DNA of 64,000 bases from Acidobacteriota bacterium (GTDB lineage: Bacteria > Acidobacteriota > UBA6911 > RPQK01 > JADFOI01): assembly GCA_963663035.1 (NCBI GenBank), contig OY760074.1:256001-320000 (forward strand). The letters run 5' to 3'. Shown here piece by piece: positions 59,845 through 64,000 of this stretch (positions are counted from its first letter, which is position 1; every line of letters begins with the position of its first letter). The position numbers were made by a program, and so were the translations under genes. Below the pieces are notes generated by a model. The model had not been told where the DNA came from, did no database searches, and was given only the letters and a program-made list of their open reading frames with translations.

Positions 59845-62076
59845 TTAAAAGTCAAACATGTGGGTGTATTTGAGAGTCAAGGATTTATCCGCTTCACCTT
59901 CCTGGAAACTGTCTCGCTGCTCGTTGTAAACAATGAAGATATCACTCAAGGGACGGTGAATCAGGTTGAAGCGGAGGTTTGAGCTGACTTGACGCCGCTC
60001 ACTGTTATATTGGATGAAGGCACTCAAAAACATCTGGGTGTTAAAGGAGTAGTCTATACGCGTCGTGACCAATCGAGTGGTCGTGTTCCCCGGGCCGAGC
60101 TTCAGTTCGTCCCACCGAAATCCGCCTGTGGCAGTGAATTTGTAATGAGGTTTCAGGGTGAGGTTGAACTGCCAACCTTGGCGTGTTCCATCCCAGAAGT
60201 CACCCGTCTGGTATCGAACACGTCCTGAGAAGCGAGCACTGGGATTGGAGCTAAATTGGGTGAACCAGCTGTTGAAATGGTAGTCTCCAGGATCAAGGTC
60301 TAACCCACCAATGGAGAACTGCTCATCCTCCCTTTCAAACCTGAGGGTCCGACCCACCTGGAAAGCTCCTCCGTCATCCAACTCGGTCTGAAAGGTCATA
60401 TCAATGATTCGGGTTACCAGGCGGTCCTCCTGATCCTTGATGTACTGCACCCGGGCGTTGGGGAAAAATTCCCGAACCCAGGAAATGCTTCTGGGACGTG
60501 GAGTCAAGCCAAAAGAGGTATCACTCTTTTGCATGTCGCGGCGGGGTACAAAGCCTACTTCAGCCCTGAAATTCTCTTCTATATCCAGTAATCCGGTGCG
60601 CGCTTGCCAGAGATCGGTTTTCCACTCGACCCAGATCCGGCTTGCCATCTCCCCGGTGTCCAACCCCGGCGAACGGGTGGCCGCCAGGAAGGTACTGATG
60701 AGCAACTTGTCCCAGAAGTGGAGGTTGGCATCCACACCGAAAGTGCGATTGAAATCCCCCGACTGGTCCGCTTGTCGGTTAATGAACAAGGCCCCGATCT
60801 GCGACTGAGCCAGGATGTTTCTCTTGACACTCACCACGGTGAAGTTGTTGGCGGGATCGGAACTAAACTCCCGGGTCTGCATATTCAAGACGCCCAGGCT
60901 GTACTCCCCGGCACGGCCACTCAGGCGAGCACCTGCCACAATGGGCACTGGCCGGCTGTCAGAGGAAAGACCGATACGGCGGCTGAAAAAAGCAAGGAAG
61001 TCGCGCGCACCCGGGGCGCGCCGGTCAATCTGACCAAAGGCAAAAAGACCGGAGTTCTCCAGAAAAAAGTCGCGTTTCTCCGGGAAAAACAAACTGAAAC
61101 GCGTCAGGTTAATTTGCTGCTGATCAACCTCAACCTGCGAGAAGTCGGTGTTGACCGTGGCATCCAGCGTGAGACCGGAGGTGACGCTGTATTTGAGATC
61201 CAGCCCAGGATCGAACAGAGTGTCAAAGTCATCTCCGGAAAACTTCCGAAACTCTGAGCTCAGGTAGGGCTTAACCTTGAAGTTCCGGCCGGGCTGGACA
61301 TCCTCAATGCCTTTCAAATCTCCGGCGTAAGAGAAAGTAAATGCGTTAGCACGACGCGGTATCGGACTCCAATAGGCTTGCTCGTTCTTCCGCCGAACGC
61401 GTCTTTGGAAGTTCAGGCCCCAGGTTTGTACCTTCGATCTTGGGAATCGTAGTGATTTGAATGGAACTCTGATCTCGGCAAACCATCCTTCTTCCGTGAT
61501 TTGGGTCTCAACGTCCCACACAGTTTCCCAGGAGATGTCATTGAACCGTCCCTCATCGAAGAACTGCGTGTCCTTTTTAGCTCCTGCCGGGTTGATGTAA
61601 AAGCCGAAGCCGTTACGGTCATCATTAAAGGTGTCTAGGTAAACAGAGGCCCCATCCTCCTGGGTATGGGCGAAATCCTGTTTGAGGGTGTTAATGACGA
61701 GATTTTCCGGTTGGCTGTCCCAAGCGGACACTCCAAAGTAAATGGCTTCCTCATCGTATAAGATCCTTATTTCAGTCGGCTCCGAAGCAGGCTCCCCTTC
61801 CATAGGTTCCCGTTGGGTAAAGTCGGTGGCGGGCTCTGCTTCCGCCCAGGCCGGCTCGTCCAGAACACCGTCCAGTGTGATGGGTTGGTTCGTATGGTGG
61901 GCAAAGACTTCCTTTTTCTGGGACTCATTCTCAGGACTCGCTTGTGGGGGATCCTGTGCCGCTGCCGGCAGGGACAGGAAAAGCACCATCACAAAAGTCC
62001 ATCTGTGCCAAAGAGACCGAACTCTCAGTTGAATGGTCATAAGCTTCCTAGTGGAATGGCCATCTACAGGACGCAT
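59845..62076 (-). CDS. CBM9-like plus DUF5916 protein (cluster copy 2)
   Basis: Signal peptide; conserved DUF5916 motifs; start uncertain. Confidence 0.85.
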   Translation of the reverse strand: MRPVDGHSTRKLMTIQLRVRSLWHRWTFVMVLFLSLPAAAQDPPQASPENESQKKEVFAHHTNQPITLDGVLDEPAWAEAEPATDFTQREPMEGEPASEPTEIRILYDEEAIYFGVSAWDSQPENLVINTLKQDFAHTQEDGASVYLDTFNDDRNGFGFYINPAGAKKDTQFFDEGRFNDISWETVWDVETQITEEGWFAEIRVPFKSLRFPRSKVQTWGLNFQRRVRRKNEQAYWSPIPRRANAFTFSYAGDLKGIEDVQPGRNFKVKPYLSSEFRKFSGDDFDTLFDPGLDLKYSVTSGLTLDATVNTDFSQVEVDQQQINLTRFSLFFPEKRDFFLENSGLFAFGQIDRRAPGARDFLAFFSRRIGLSSDSRPVPIVAGARLSGRAGEYSLGVLNMQTREFSSDPANNFTVVSVKRNILAQSQIGALFINRQADQSGDFNRTFGVDANLHFWDKLLISTFLAATRSPGLDTGEMASRIWVEWKTDLWQARTGLLDIEENFRAEVGFVPRRDMQKSDTSFGLTPRPRSISWVREFFPNARVQYIKDQEDRLVTRIIDMTFQTELDDGGAFQVGRTLRFEREDEQFSIGGLDLDPGDYHFNSWFTQFSSNPSARFSGRVRYQTGDFWDGTRQGWQFNLTLKPHYKFTATGGFRWDELKLGPGNTTTRLVTTRIDYSFNTQMFLSAFIQYNSERRQVSSNLRFNLIHRPLSDIFIVYNEQRDSFQEGEADKSLTLKYTHMFDF

Positions 62077-64000
62077 TAAAACATGTCGAACATATGAGTA
62101 TATTTGAAAGTCAAAGATTTATCCGCTTCACCTGCCTGGAAACTGTCTCGCTCTTCGTTGTAGACGATGAAGATATCACTCAGGGGACGGTGAATCAGGT
62201 TAAAGCGAAGGTTTGAGCTGACCTGGCGCCGCTCACTGTTATATTGAACAAATGCACTCACAAACATCTGGGTGTTAAAGGCGTACTCCAGACGCGTATT
62301 GATCAATCGACTGGTCAAATTCCCTTGTTGGAGCTTCAGGTCGTCCCACTGAAATCTGCCGCTAGCCGTCAATTTGTAATTGGGTTTAAAAGACAGGCTG
62401 AGCCGGACGCCCTTGCTGGAGCCATCCCAGAAGTCACCCGTTTCATAGCGCACGCTTCCCGAGATCCGATCACTGGTATCGGAGCGAAATTCGGTGAACC
62501 AACGATTGAAGTTGTAGTCTCCAGAAGCAATCTCTTGCCCACCAATGAAAAACTGCTCATCCTCCCTCTCAAACCTGAGTGTCCGACCCACCTGGAAGCT
62601 TCCTCCATCCTCCAAACTGATTTGGAATTTCAAATCAGTAATCCTGGTGACCAGGCGGCCTTCCTGGTCGTTGATGTACTGCAGCTGGGCATTGGGGAAA
62701 AATTCCCGAATCCAGGAAATACTTCTGGGACGGGGACGCAATCCAACGAATGCAGTGCCCTTCCGAATATCGCGGCGGGGTACGAATCCCACTTCAGCGT
62801 TAAAGTTCTCCCCAACATCCAAATAATCGGTACGTGCCTCCCAAAGATTGGTCTTCCATTCGACCCAGGTCCGGCCGGCCATATCGCCTGTCTCGAAGCC
62901 TGGGGTTCTGGTCGCTGCCAGAAAAGAAGTGATACGCAGATTTTGCCAGAAACGAAAGCTGGCATCCACACCGAAGGTGCGATTGTAGTCGCCCGACTGA
63001 TCCGACTGTCGGTTGATGACCAAGGTCCCCAGCTCCGACTGAGCCAGAATGTTTCGTTTCAGACGGAGCACGGTAAAGTTATGGGCGGGCTCAGGATCGG
63101 ATTCTCGGGTCTGCATATTGAAAAGACCCAGACTGTAGTCACCCACTCGACCGGTGAAGCGGGCTCCTGCTAAAACGGGCACAGGCTGTCCATCAGAAGA
63201 GAGACCAATGCGGCGGCTGAAGAAGGGGATAAAGTCGCGAGTACTGGGCCCTGATCGGTCCGTTTGAGCAAAGAGGAAAATGCCGCTGTTTTCCAGGAAA
63301 AAGTCACGCTTCTCCGGGAAAAACAGGCTAAAGCGAGTCAGGTTAATTTGCTGTTCATCCACTTCCACCTGCGAGAAGTCGGTATTCAGGGTGGCATCCA
63401 GGGTGAGACCAGAAGTCAGGCTATATTTGAGATCCAGCCCAGGATCGAAAAGGGTGTCAAAATCATCTCCAGAAAACTTCCGAAATTGTGAGGTCAAATA
63501 GGGCTTGACCTTGAAGTTCCGACCAGGATGGACATCCTCAACACCTCTTAGTGTTCCGGCGAAGGAGACATTAAAAGAGGCAAAACTGCGAGGGATGGGA
63601 GCCCAAAAGCTCTGCTCGGACCTCCGCCGAATGCGCCTTTGGAAATTGATGCCCCAGCTTTGCACCCTCGATTCTGAAAATCTTAACGATTTGAAAGGGA
63701 TTCTGACTTCCGCAAACCATCCTTCTTCTGTGACTTTTGTCTTGGCCCCGTCTCGATTCACTTAACGGATTCTGACTTCAAACCATCCTTCTTCTGTGAC
63801 TTTTGTCTTGGCGTCCCACACGGTTTCCCAGGCGGGATTTTCATTCCTGCCTTGATCGACAGACTGGACGTCGCGTTTGGCTCCGGCTGGGTTGATGTAA
63901 AAGCCGAACGCGTTGCGGTCATCATTGAAGGTGTCCAGATAAATTGAGAATCCATCATTCTCTCGAATGGCGAAGTCTTCCTTCAAACTGTTGATGATGA
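62076..64000 (-). pseudogene. CBM9-like plus DUF5916 protein (cluster copy 1, 5'-truncated by the window), interrupted by a 66-bp insertion containing TAA
   Basis: ORFs 62076-63761 and 63762-63986 share one frame; removing 63747-63812 restores WDAKTKVTEEGWFAEVR. Confidence 0.7.

Noticed and set aside
53910-64000. Diversity-generating retroelement acting on the DUF5916 genes
   Set aside because: No reverse transcriptase or template repeat in the window, and differences are not visibly adenine-specific.

Overview
A 64-kb bacterial chromosomal window. The gene content suggests Acidobacteriota (an inference from carboxypeptidase-regulatory/TPR proteins, glycine-zipper secreted proteins and multiple DUF5916 genes). 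It is dominated by transport and catabolic genes (TctC and a TctA-TctB fusion, a Yej/Opp ABC system, MFS, SLC13, APC, CNT, RND), glnS, an nfeD-floA operon, a small glycosylation cluster and an IS256 element with intact ends and target duplication. The strongest hidden signal is at 2657-4360, where two ORFs form one reading frame split by an in-frame TGA in a C-L-T-U-P-P-F motif followed by a SECIS-like hairpin. This predicts a secreted selenoprotein with six EF-hands, a deiodinase-like thioredoxin fold and a DsbD-alpha-like domain. Other notable items are a modular, nested family of covarying palindromic intergenic elements, a perfect 86-bp palindrome, a cluster of DUF5916/CBM9-like paralogs with hypervariable patches, and a Tat-signal ThDP enzyme paired with a di-heme cytochrome c. 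All family assignments come from motif recognition by eye, not database searches.
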